Below, one piece after another: positions 52,205 to 64,000 of a stretch of DNA of 64,000 nt. The DNA is from Dimorphilus gyrociliatus. Lineage: Eukaryota > Animalia > Annelida. The DNA is taken from NCBI GenBank assembly GCA_904063045.1, contig CAJFCJ010000015.1:434001-498000 (forward strand), written 5' to 3'. Position numbers and translations under genes: made by a program. The notes under the pieces were generated by a model. That model did no database searches. It was given only the letters and a program-made list of their open reading frames with translations, and had not been told where the DNA came from. Position 1 is the stretch's first letter; each line of letters starts with the position of its first letter.

Positions 52205-54052
52205 ATGAATAGGAATAACAGAGAGGATCTTATTTTAGAACAAATACACGAAATTAGAACGAAAATACAATTAAAAAGTTATTTTTTTTTATTAATTAAA
52301 TCTAATCTAAAATTAAAACTTATTAATTTATTACAATTGTAAAAAGGAAAAGAGAATGAAGACATGGTTGATGACATTTCAAAACACTCTACAAGTGTTG
52401 AAAGATCTATAAAAAGACTTTTGAAAGCGAATAAAGCACATAGAAAACAGATTGCGCAACAACTAATGGGAGTTAGTTTGTTTGTTTTTTTTCTAATATT
52501 CTTATTATTTTATAAACAGCATAATGTCACTTATTTAAGCAAGATGAAAAAATTATTGCTGCAATTTTCTCGTCAGAGGATAAAAGTGATAGGAAAGAAT
52601 TGATGTTATTACGCAATAAGCCTTTAGAATATGTCGCAACTTATTTAGATAATAAAGCTTTCCATTTTCAAAAAGAGCTTGACAAATTACGATATGAAAG
52701 GAAAAAGATTGAAAAGAAAATCAAAAGAACAAGAGAACAATTACTTATATATGATCACTGGTTGAATAGAAGAATGGATAGAAAAGGGAAAGAAAAGACT
52801 ATTCGAATTTTTGAGAATCAATTTGAAAAAGTCCGACTAAAAACTGAAACTGCAGAATCGATTGGCAATAAATACGAACAAGTTATTGGATGCTTACAAG
52901 AGGATTTCCATACCATGCCAAAACGATTAGAACGTCTGGAAAAGTCACTAAGAGAGTATAAAATAGAAGCAAGACAAATGCTAGAAACAAAAGTAAAAGC
53001 TCTTCGCTTACGAAACGAGGCCAAGGATGAACTTAACAAGCTTGAAAAAGTAACTTTTGAAGAGAGACAAGAAAAGGAAAATGAATTACTACTCACTAAA
53101 ACAGATATGGAAAACAGGCGCAAAGAAGCGCAAGAGATTCGAGATAAAAGGATATTAAAGTCTTCTCCTGCTTTCGGTAATGATTTAAATACCGATAGGT
53201 CTGATATCAAAAGGAGAGAGATGCAAGACTTAAAAGAGAAGCTAGAAAACTATGAAACAACAATTCGACAACTACAGAATTCTACAAGAGTTACAGATTT
53301 ACAGAAAGTCGTTGAAAGAATTATTATACAGAAAGAAGTTACTAAATTACTTGAACGTCAGAAAGAGGACGCCGAGAGGCAGCGCAATTACTATTTGTCA
53401 CTTAGAGATGACGCTCTAGAACAGCTTATGGAAGCTAGATATTCAACGGAAGTAGGTATGACCGATTGGAGGGATTCCGTGGAAAAAATGCAAGTGTACG
53501 TTAAAAACGCTAAATCATCTTTGAAAGAGAGAAAGACGGAATTGGGAAAACAGGCAAAAATTTTACAAACTGTCAGAAAAGGAGTAATTAGTATTTTAGA
53601 AAGGACAAATGCAACTCCTACTTTAATGAGAAAAAGTACACATGATTTAGCCGAAAGTCTCAAGCAATGCTGTAGAAAACTTAGAACAATGCAGACGTTT
53701 ATTGACCACTACTCAAATAGCTCAGACTGTCAAAAACAATTCGAAACAGGTGAATTTTATGACTTCATTAAGAAAACATTACCTGATAAAAACATCCAAT
53801 CGTCAACCACTAAAAGTCCATTTATGGACGATTTTTACGAAAGTGAGGATAATGAAGATGTTTTAACAAGAGAGGGTAACTTTATTTTCTATTTATTCAT
53901 TAATTATAATGACGTTGATTTTCATTTTTAATCGAATAGATGTGAAAACTGTAACAACTGATATTTTAAATTCTTTAATGAATAAAAAAAAAGGAAACAA
54001 GTCGACTAAAAAGCACTATCAACAAGCTATTCGTCGTAGTAAGGAGTGGTAA
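52205..54052 (+). CDS. CCDC151: Outer dynein arm docking complex coiled-coil protein (ODAD3/CCDC151-like), 4 exons
   Basis: The spliced read gives MNRNNREDLILEQIHEIRTKIQLK/..MG/QDEKIIAAIF..LDNK, then a long coiled coil, then YESEDNEDVLTRE/DVKTVTTDILNSLM..EW*. The EQI.E...KI.L, DEK(I/V) and terminal ED..TR..(V/I)K segments resemble recalled CCDC151. The stop is at 54050-54052. Confidence 0.7.
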
Positions 54053-54055
54053 CAG

Positions 54056-54469
54056 CTACATAAGGCCGGATTTCTGGGCGAAACTTTCATTGCTCATCAT
54101 TTGATGTTCTTGAAATCTTTGCGAAATTCTTGTAGTCATTTTAAGGTATTTATCCATACAATTCAATGTGCAAGAGTTCTGTTATTGGTTTTTATGGAAT
54201 TAATTATGATTAAAGACACATAGAAAAAGAATAAAAAATATTCATATATTTACCTCTGCATCTAATATTTTTCTGCCAGAAAAGTCGTGCACACAATCAT
54301 TAAAACACATTTCAGAGAGTTTATTATACGACATCAAAAACTCGCGAAACTGTTGATAAAAATTCAAGTTAAAATATTTAAACACGAGGATAGCAAGGAT
54401 AAATTGAGCGATAATAACTTGATTCATTGTTTGCTGTGTATCCGTATCGAGTTTCGGTTGAAAAGCCAT
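54056..54469 (-). CDS. TIMM9: Mitochondrial small Tim chaperone Tim9, 89 aa, 3 exons
   Basis: Exons are 54419-54469, 54254-54349 and 54056-54178. The protein reads QFREFLMSYNKLSEMCFNDCVHDF..AE/NSCTLNCMDKYLKMTTRISQRFQE, with a twin CX3C motif. Confidence 0.97.
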
Positions 54470-54704
54470 TATATTAATGTTTGATACTATGTACTTAATT
54501 CTCTAATCAACAACGATTACTAATTATATTGTGAGTTAGTGCTTTAAATGATTTTTCCTTGCGGGGTTAACTCAAATTCTTCTGCTATTCTCCTCTAGAG
54601 GCTGCAGTGTCCAAAATTGTGAAATACTTTTTTGATTTACTGCGGAAATGATCAAAAGCGATAGTAACGCCATCTAGAAACGATGCTTGGGAGTTAGTTA
54701 CGAA

Positions 54705-57700
54705 ATGAACATAAAATGTATAGAATTCCTCGTCGTTCTCGCTTTGTGTTCGATAGCGGTGCCATTGCCAATAAATAACAACTTAGATGATTTAATCTTT
54801 ACAATAAGGAGACTAATCGACTATTATGAAATTTCTTATAAAGATATTAACTTCGATGGTATCTTTGGTCTAAGAGTACTAGAAGGTACGTTGTTTTCGC
54901 TCCACTTTAAAAAGTTCAAATAATATGAATAATGCTAATAACAGGTGGTTTAAAGCTACAAGTTTTAAATTATGCTAAAGGAGATATTGAAATCTCAGAA
55001 AAAAATTTAGCTATTATAAAAGAACTATCAGAAAAGGCTGAAAAACTCTCAACTTTGGCAATCAATGTTTTAAAAACTGCTAAGGATAAGAGTTATGAAA
55101 GACTATCACCACTAATCAAAACAGAATGGAAAGGATTTGGTGATCATAAAGAGTTAGATTTCAACTTGTTATGGCCAGATAATTTTCCAGAATTCGGTAT
55201 GTCACGTTTATTTTACTTGATAATCCTATTGAAAAGTATTATCGACGCGAATGTAGAGTTACTCTTCCTCAGATGTTGCACACGTGAATCTATTTTGTTC
55301 AGATATAGAACTAAATAGAACATTCTTTTTTTAGCGAACAATTGCGATAAAAAATTGTATACGAAATAGGAGACTCAAAGGACTAGGAGTAATTACCGAC
55401 AGAGCGGCCAGATAGTAGAATTGATTGTCGTGCTTATTACATTATCATCGATTGATGAATATTTATAAAAGAGTAGTTGTTGAATAACTGCCTTGAGAAA
55501 GTCCTTTTACTCCAATTATTTTTTTATGATTTGTTAATCAAAATAGTATAAGACAGATAAAACATAGTAAAGCATGCAATTTATTGAATTATGGATTGGT
55601 TAATATGAGCCTAACCTCTTGCCTACATCCCGCTTCTCTAGCCCAATCTGCCCTGTTTCTTCTTCACTATTCCGTATTCCTATCCCTTTTTTTCTTTGTA
55701 AACTACACAATTATGTACAACTCAAGAAGCCATTTTTTCGTATTTAAACGATGGAGCGAGTTTTTTACTGTTAAAAAGTAAATAAGCAATTTTTGTGCGC
55801 TTCAATCTTGCTTCCTCTCTTTCTCGTCGTTCTCCCTTTATTATTCTGCTACATTTTTTGCGATCTGTTTGCGTAATGAATACGACGACTAGAAACTTTT
55901 ATGTCGAATAGATTACTCGCCTGATGTATCTAGCGTCTTGCATTGATTGCACGAATAGTGAATGCTAATGAAGTCAAGTTGTCTATATATTGAACTCCTC
56001 AGGTGCTCGAGAACTTATGAGGGTGAGAATTTTTCATTATTCTCTTTCTTCTTCTCTCGTATTTCTAGTCTAATTAGAATTTTCGAAGTTGATTATGCAA
56101 CAATTATATATCTAGGGTGTTAAGGAGGAAAATCGATATTATGCATATTCTCGTCGGATGAGGGCGGATGAACGTTCGGTCGTGCGAGAAACGTTTAATC
56201 CTCAAATCGACAAATTCTAATTAGCGTTACGTATTTAGTCATCAGTATTAATACGGAACGTATTTCCGAAGCGGATTAAGAAAGGCGAATGAATGATGAA
56301 TCGTGCATTTGGCGGATTATTTATCAATCACTCATCAATATAGTATACGTTTAACGTACTTTTTAACCTATTTGCTCTGATTGATTAGGTGTTTACATCG
56401 TAAGCAGACAGAGGAGGGTTTAAGGGGCGTCAATATTACATCTTCCTTCCGACTCTTCTCAAGGTTTTGAAAAGACTACTTAAGTTTTCGTATAACCTTA
56501 TTTAAAGGTTCGCATACGCAATTGACTTCCATTGAACAAATTTGTCGTTGTTACTCTTTCATGATGCCGCCAAGTTATGCTTCGCTACTCTCCAATCGGC
56601 GTCTAACGAGAACTGTACCATTTGAAAAAGGAGCGGCTTAAAACGATTTTTTCTTGCTATTCGCTGAATTATCAATATTTTATAAGCCGTTTTTAGACTC
56701 AAAGCTACTTTTTTTGCATTTTTTTTAGGTATAAACTGTATTTGGTACCATATAGTATTCTCTCTTCTCTAACTTGTTCTTTATCGTAATTCAATATGAC
56801 CCTCTTTCCAGATGTAGAAGAAGAGGAGTCAGACAACTGTTTCTCGCAACTTTTTGGAACAGCAGGATACACTCACTGTTCTTTTGGCGATAACTGCCTA
56901 AATATGCTTATTAAGAAAGGGGGCAAAGAGTACGTAATAACTCATCAAGTGCTTCTTGGATTTATCATAAAAATGGTAGGGCCTTTCTTTTATCATATAT
57001 ACCGCAATTGGTTTTTTAGGATATTTGTAGGAAAAATGTGCTGGTATAATGCCAACGGAATTGTAATAAACTCGTTTACCGGCCAGCGGCAGTAATATGA
57101 AAAGCCGCGCTGTACATTTACGCACGTAATTTCCTTTCGAGTCACGCATATGTTCCAAACGACGTAGCAAAAAAATCAGAAATTTTTCTTATATGTTGTA
57201 TGAGGTCTTTATTATATACTTTTAAATTCCTATAGGAGTCGTGTACGAATATAGAACATCAATTACTGGAAAAAGGAATACATCTCGAGAAACACATGAA
57301 CGAATTATGCACAAATAATTTTTTTGAAGTGGCTACTTCCGTTAGACTATTACGAGGCAAAATTCCCGCACAATATAGAGACTTGTTTATGGAGCAGAGT
57401 AAGTATTCAATTCAACATTCTCATCCTGTTTACTTATAAATACTCTCCAACAGTATTTGTGTGTCCTTCTTACGGTTATACTCACTTTTTACACACATAT
57501 TTCTTAAAACAAATAATGTCCTGGCAACATTCCAGCGGATGCTTTGGTACTCCTGACAGTGTAATGTCCGAAAAAAATACCACAGCTATAAAAAATATGA
57601 GGAGGTTGCTGGAGGAGAAAGAACTACCCAATGGATGTATGAGTCATGAAAGTGGGGTAGCATGTGGTGCTCTAGTTGTATTCCTTAGATTCTTAATCGA

Positions 57701-58076
57701 ACATCCGCAATCATCGGATTCGTCGTTCAACAACCTTCTCGAGCATTCTTTAACAACCAATGTTAAACTCTTGACAGAAGTTGAAGAGCAACCTGTTCCA
57801 AAAATAATTGGTCAGGATTATACGAATGAAGAAAAGAAAGAAAGCAACAATGATCAAGATTATCATCAATATATGGATATAGACGACCCTCGTCGTTCTG
57901 ATATAAGACAAGAACTGCAAAGAGACGCTTCTCTGAGACAGAGATCTTATAAGAATCGTTCAGATTCAATTCATTTGTTTATATTTTTGTTAGCTATAAT
58001 ACCATCTTTGATACTGCTTTTCAGATTTATACGATCTCGTAGGATCGTTATTCTATATCCCGCACGGTTTTGGTAA
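54705..58076 (+). CDS. C16orf89: UPF0764 / C16orf89-like protein, 460 aa, 5 exons, with a C-terminal TM helix
   Basis: Exons are 54705-54885, 54945-55196, 56812-56975, 57236-57398 and 57454-58076, totalling 1383 nt. It has a signal peptide and the motifs DINFDGIFGLRVLEG, ESDNCFSQL, YVITHQVL, RDLFMEQ, IMSWQHSSGCFG and GCMSHESGVA. The TM helix reads LFIFLLAIIPSLILLF. Confidence 0.9.
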
Positions 58077-58349
58077 TGTCTTTTTTATTACCAACAATTA
58101 CAATTGGCTTAATGAATCTCTTATACGACTTAATCTGTTAAGTCGTAGGAAGCTACAACTGTCATAGCGCGCTTTCGATCGAATTTCTTCGAGTATATTG
58201 TTCAGGAAAATTCTATACGAAAATAAATTAATTAAAACAATACAAAGTTATCTGATTTGCTTTTGTTGGAAATTCTGAATTTAAATTTTTAAATATTTAA
58301 TAATAAACAAAAATCTCGTCTAAAAGAATGAATTATATTTTTCTTCATT

Positions 58350-58386
58350 CTCTCTCCCTTCTCTCTCTCTCTCTCTCTCTCTCTCT
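58350..58386. repeat. (CT)n microsatellite
   Basis: Read directly from the sequence. Confidence 0.9.
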
Positions 58387-61300
58387 ATCGCTCTTTTTTC
58401 TCTTTAGCACTTAATCCATATTGAGAATAATAAAATATAAAAAAAAGGGGGGAGGAAGTTTTGCGAAAAGCAGAAATGTCTAAATGACGTTATAAATTAT
58501 TTAAATATAAATAGTCTGAATACTTCCTGTAAAGGATGTTAATGCTAAAAAAGTATATATTGCTTATGCTAAATATACATATATACTATATTTATATTCT
58601 GAAGCATTTGGACAAAAACAGACCTATCTTTTTTTCTTTCTTTGCACTTCTCAAAAAAATCAAAAAAAGGGAAAAATTTCCTTCAATTTCTAATAATTCT
58701 ATTATAAGCACTCCTACTAATTGTAAAAGTCCTTAATTGTAATCTCGTATAATTGCAGCGTTTCTTCAAATAAAGAAACGTTTGATAACATTTTGTAAAC
58801 AAATCACTTACAGTTTAATTTCTATCGAACGAAATTTGCTTGCGGTAATTAAAGTTTAAAAAAAAAAGAAAAAAAATTTAAATAAGCCTATACTTATATA
58901 AATCCTTTAGTCTCTTTGCCCTTCTCTTTATCGCACCATTCGCCAATGTTACAATCCTTTCCCATGCCATACATATACCAAATTCCCATAAATTTTAAAT
59001 GATTTTCCAAAGAGGAAATTAGGTTAATTAAAAAGTTTGCTTTTTCAATGCTCTTGAGAAAGAAATAGTCATTTTCTTTTCTTAATATAAGAAATTCCTG
59101 CAAAAGTATGAGTTCATCATTCAAATTACTGCTTATCTAACATGTTTTTTTTTCTTTTTTTTCTTTTTTTTTCCCCTTTTATACTACATCAAGGTCTTTG
59201 TTAATCAATTCTTGTCTAAACGAAACGGGCGCCTATTGAGCGTTAAAATGATTGAGAAGGTACCTTAAGAGGAAAATTTACTCTGTACTTGACTTAGTAA
59301 TTCGGATCGAACGAGTCTAATAAATACAAGCTACTAAAGTCTCTTTTCGTGTAATTTTCTATTGGAAAGCTCTAAAAAATTTGTTTTCTCCTATCCTCCA
59401 CCCTTAAGACTTGACAAAGGATAGTATAATTTAATTTTCTCTCAGAAGATTAACGATTATTCTTGTTTAGACAAAGAGATACAGAAGTAGCAAAAACGAT
59501 TTCCAATTCGATAAGGTAACTAACGGATAAAAGCTGGATCTGTCCCATTGGTAGACGAGTTACTTTGGATCGTTGATAGAACCGATTGCGTTCCCTTCGG
59601 ATTCGATCGTTTTCCTAATAGCATACGACGTAGAAAAACGCCTCTTACCACAAAAAAAGGAAACGATACCTAAATGATACCGGCATTTTAATATATTATT
59701 TGACACCTAGTACAACTACGAAAAGTCTTATATTTTTAATCTCCCATTTTCCTTAATAAAATACCCTTTTAAGAAGAGTTTCCCTATCAAATATCATATA
59801 TAATTTATCAAAACCAATATACGAATAAAAATTCTATACACTGTACTTACTGCTACAACTAAATAAGAAAGAATATGCAGTACTACACTTTCTTTTAATC
59901 ATTGAGCAGGAGGAGAGAAATATAAAGACTTCATCTATTAGGTTTCACGATTTTCCTTTATTTACCTTCGCTCTTTATCTTTAAATATTCGTTATAACTA
60001 GACATATTTAGGTAAAGTTTACATGTATATATAACATAATAGATGTTAATAATTACAATTCTTATGCAATTTTCAAGAAGGTTTTTCAGGATCGAAATGA
60101 TATTGGTCAGAAAGTTAATACCTAGTAATTTCTTTTGTACTAATAGACTATAATTACTCTGCTTTTCCCCCATAGTATATACATAGTTATCTCTGTAATA
60201 ATTATTAGATTAACCATTTATAAAATATCTAAACGTTAACAGCAATTTGGTATTTATTCCTCATATGAATTAGTCTCTAAGGTATAATTTTTTTTAATGA
60301 TTTTAATACTTTATCTGAAGAGAAATCAATTTAAATATAAAAATACAAAAAGTAGAATAAAACCCTAGCCTATTCATCCGTCTGATGAACTATTCCACTG
60401 GGAGGGGGCGTTGCTATCTAGTCTTCGTTGCACTGCCAACTTTTAATAAAAGCACATAATAGAAACCCATAGCGTCTGTCTAATGAAAAAGACACATAAA
60501 TCCATACGAAATGAAATGAATGGGAAAAAAAATAAGAATGGCTTTTTATGTAATAAAAGCATTAATAGTAAGAATGATATGCTGAAACTGTGAACCTATA
60601 GAAGACAAATAGTAGTTACAACGTGTAGACCTAAACTTGGAATCCTTTACCTTATAATTAATTTCCTTGAAGCTTGTAAATACACAATAAACTTGTATAT
60701 GATGATTTAAAGATATTAAATTATTAAGAATATTCTAATAATAGTCTTAAATTTAATATACGTATATGTTTATATACCTATTTACTTTTGTTTTGAATGC
60801 AAAGGTGATATTAATTAATAGGAAAGGAGAATAAGTATAATTAACCTAATTAATCTTTGATTATCTTAACTTTCAACAGCAAAAAATGACATAAAGTTTT
60901 TTAACTGAAAGATTTAGAAGGTTTTCTGGAAGAAAATTTCCCTTTTTTTCACTATTTTAAGAGATCTAAACAACGGGATTTAACTAACAATTTCTCTTAC
61001 ATGTTGCCATGTCCTTGGAGCTTTATTTGAGTACGATAAGGAATTTGATTTTATTCCTGTACTATAGAAATTCGGATATAGAGTTTCCAAAAGTATTGAT
61101 ACATCTAGTATAAGATGTAACTTTAAACTGCTTTATTAACCTTCTAATAGATTTAAAATATAGCGCTTTCCCCCATCATAAGATAGTTACTAAAGAACTA
61201 TGACAATTTTTCATATAAAATTACCTATGGATAATGCTATAAATCATTATTAGTCATCTCACGACCTTATGATATATTATAAAATAACCCTGACAGGGAT

Positions 61301-61419
61301 CTTTCAAGGTTATAATTGTCCGAAACGAAGGAAATATTAATTTTTTACTTGCACCGAATCATAAATTATCCAGTGTTTTATATGCTGTATAACGTAATTT
61401 GCATAATGTATTTAATCTG

Positions 61420-61584
61420 TCAATTAGGACATATTCTGTTTGTATTATAATCGTTCGTTAGAACTCCGTTAAGAGTCCGGGTTGCATCACTGTCATCATC
61501 TGGACTTCCAGTTGAAAATCTTTTAATGTCAGTAGCTAGGTGATTATTGTAGGGGGTTTTCTTTTTCAAACGATAGAATTCCTT
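61420..61584 (-). CDS. Possible terminal exon of an unidentified gene
   Basis: A 54-codon open frame follows TAG| (KEFYRLKKKTPYNNHLATDIKRFSTGSPDDDSDATRTLNGVLTNDYNTNRICPN*). It is GC-richer than its flanks and has no ATG. Upstream exons are not established. Confidence 0.35.
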   Translation of the reverse strand, partial: KEFYRLKKKTPYNNHLATDIKRFSTGSPDDDSDATRTLNGVLTNDYNTNRICPN

Positions 61585-61822
61585 CTACTCCTTCCTCTTT
61601 TACCTCTTTGTAATTCTCTCACATAAATAGAAGACTAAGTACTTTTCTTTTTCTATTTAAGTAGAATACTCTTTCTTTAACTTCGATTATATACATCTCA
61701 TTCACACTATCTGACAGAACATGGAAAAGAAGAGTCGATTTATCTGCGAATCAAACTCTTATTCTTCCACATCTTTTTTTATCCTGCGATAAAGACATGA
61801 CAAATAAAATTTTCGAAACTAG

Positions 61823-61858
61823 AAGAGAGAGAGAGAGAGAGAGAGAAGAGAAAGAGAA
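61823..61858. repeat. (GA)n microsatellite
   Basis: Read directly from the sequence. Confidence 0.9.
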
Positions 61859-64000
61859 AAAAAGAGAAATTGATAATAACAATAAAAATAGTATACCACA
61901 TTCTAATTTGATGTATAATGATTAAAAAAAAACACAATATATCTCATCCCACCGTCTAACACTAACAAACTTATTTCTCCTATAAAAGGAGAGCCGACAT
62001 GGAGCGATGAAGCATCAATTATTTCCATTAATAAATTATTAATCGTCTCCCAAGTTTTTTTTTAATTAGTGTTAGAAAGTTAATTATTTACAATCGAAAA
62101 TATTATTAAACTTATTATAATATATTACTTAGGATACAAGTCACTAAATTTTTAACATTATGTACAAAGGAAAGAGTTTAGTTTATCATATATATATATA
62201 TACAGTATTATATAATAACGTTATATTTTATAAGTCATAACCTTTATAAGAAATGTATATATTTATATAAATATATACAAATTAGTAGTTTTTACTTTTA
62301 TCTTTTAGCCTATATACTAAAACATTTATTTATATTTGTTTAAATATGAACTTTATATCAAAAAAGAGATAAACAATATAGCCTATATATATTTTTGGCA
62401 AATAGTTCTAAAAATTATTATTGCCCTTTCTCTCTGTTTCTTCTTCAATATCCATATAGATTTCTCATTTTGTTGTTATTCTATTTGATAAAAAAAACCT
62501 TACAGTCCTAAATCCCATAACATTATATGAATAAATTATCTAGAATGATAGAATACTTTACAGAGACTAAATTTGAGATTATAAACACATACATATATAC
62601 AAACGTGTATATATATACTGGCTAAAGAAATCATCTATTGCCAAACATAATATTTATGGCCTATTAAATCACTGCTGGTAACATTTAAACTAAAAATATT
62701 AACAGTATTCATTTGATATTTTTTTTATATATATTAAGAGTTTATTTAGAGAGATAAAAACAAATACGTAATCAATACGTAATCTTAAATACCCATGATT
62801 ATAGAATTGGAATTTTATTTGAAAATAATAATAACATACTCAAATTTCATTATTTTTTCATTATATCTTATCTGAATATTAAGTTTCGTATCAATATGCG
62901 TTTTGTTTTCGTAAGATATTTTCCGTAAATATAACATTCTATCTTGTAAAAGAAAGAATATTTCTCCAATTCCTTTTTAACTTGTCTAAATAAATGGTGA
63001 TAGGAAATCAAGACTTTAAGCTATAACGATTACTCAATAACGCTACATTGATGGAACTGATTAGGTCAATTCAAAATCGATTGGTCAATTATTCCTCAAG
63101 ATTCATAATAGATGAAAAATAATCAATTACAATACTAAAATATATAGTATTGAGAAAAACAATATGCAAGTAAATATATATTTGTTATATGAGGAAAAAG
63201 GAAGCAATAAGCTAGAGAAAATGTACAAATATAAGAAAGAGTAGATAATTGCATTTCCTTATACTTTAGATTATAAAATACATCAGAATTTAGTGAGTTG
63301 GGGATATTTTCTTACTATTATTCCGTTATAGAAAATTTCTATTAGTTCTCTTTTCTCTAATCAAATGTAACTAAGTGAAAGAGAAATTTGTCAAACACAT
63401 AGTGAACAAATTTACGAATGAGAAAGGATTGATCAGAAACAACGAGAATAGAAGACAAAGAAGAGAGGGAAAAAAGATGATAGTATCCTGTGTATCGGGA
63501 TGAAAAATGTTAAGTTTTATTAGAAAATGAGGCGTAAGTAAATAAGCAGTTACGCATCAATCGTTTATACGCCATTCCAATGAATCAGGTACATAATTTC
63601 TTATATGTATATATCATTGTAAATTAACAAAGACCTTTAGAAATAACATAATAATTATATTATTAAGAGCATACCAATCATTATTAAAGATTAACGTATT
63701 TCTGTAGGTATACTAAATATAAATTTAAATAGAAGGACAAATTATATAACCTTTCTATTATTAGCATAAACTTTTATATAGGACTATATTTTATATATAA
63801 TTTTAAAACAAATAAACAACGTACTTGTATACTTGTGTTTTTAAAGATATATATACATATAGATACATTCTCATAGGTAAATGAAGAATTGGTTTTATTT
63901 GTAATTTTAGTGTAAAATTTACAGTTATTACAACAAGTATATATAATAATAAAGTAATATGATACAAAGGGAAGATAGACAAAAAGAAAGAAAGATGAAT

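Overview
This is AT-rich (roughly 70% by eye) animal genomic DNA with very short GT-AG introns, many of 50-90 bp. An RGWamide precursor and annelid-type GnRH/AKH-like peptides point to an annelid with a compact genome, such as Dimorphilus (inference). I saw no rRNA, tRNA or CRISPR array. The left ~36 kb is gene-sparse and rich in microsatellites. It holds a secreted coiled-coil ORF probably spliced to a MAM domain, a 12-coding-exon EYS-N-terminus/Weary-like EGF type-I membrane protein, an orphan multi-exon gene, a decayed Tc1 transposase and an intronless sulfotransferase. It also holds three neuropeptide precursor genes within 12.6 kb: RGWamide/AMGWamide, pQFSFSLPGQWGSamide and pQLTQTLGWGSAGSPamide. 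All three share a C-x15/16-x8-C tail with a phase-0 intron exactly 8 codons before the second Cys. This suggests the RGWamide/APGWamide and GnRH/AKH-type precursors are tandem paralogues, and it is the main finding. The stretch from 37 to 58 kb is a tightly packed block: RBM25, SRBD1 (with a nested antisense ORF and an internal domain duplication), striatin, TTBK, ODAD3/CCDC151, TIMM9 and C16orf89-like. Exon models were built by hand from splice signals and reading-frame phase. Homology calls come from remembered family motifs, not database searches.
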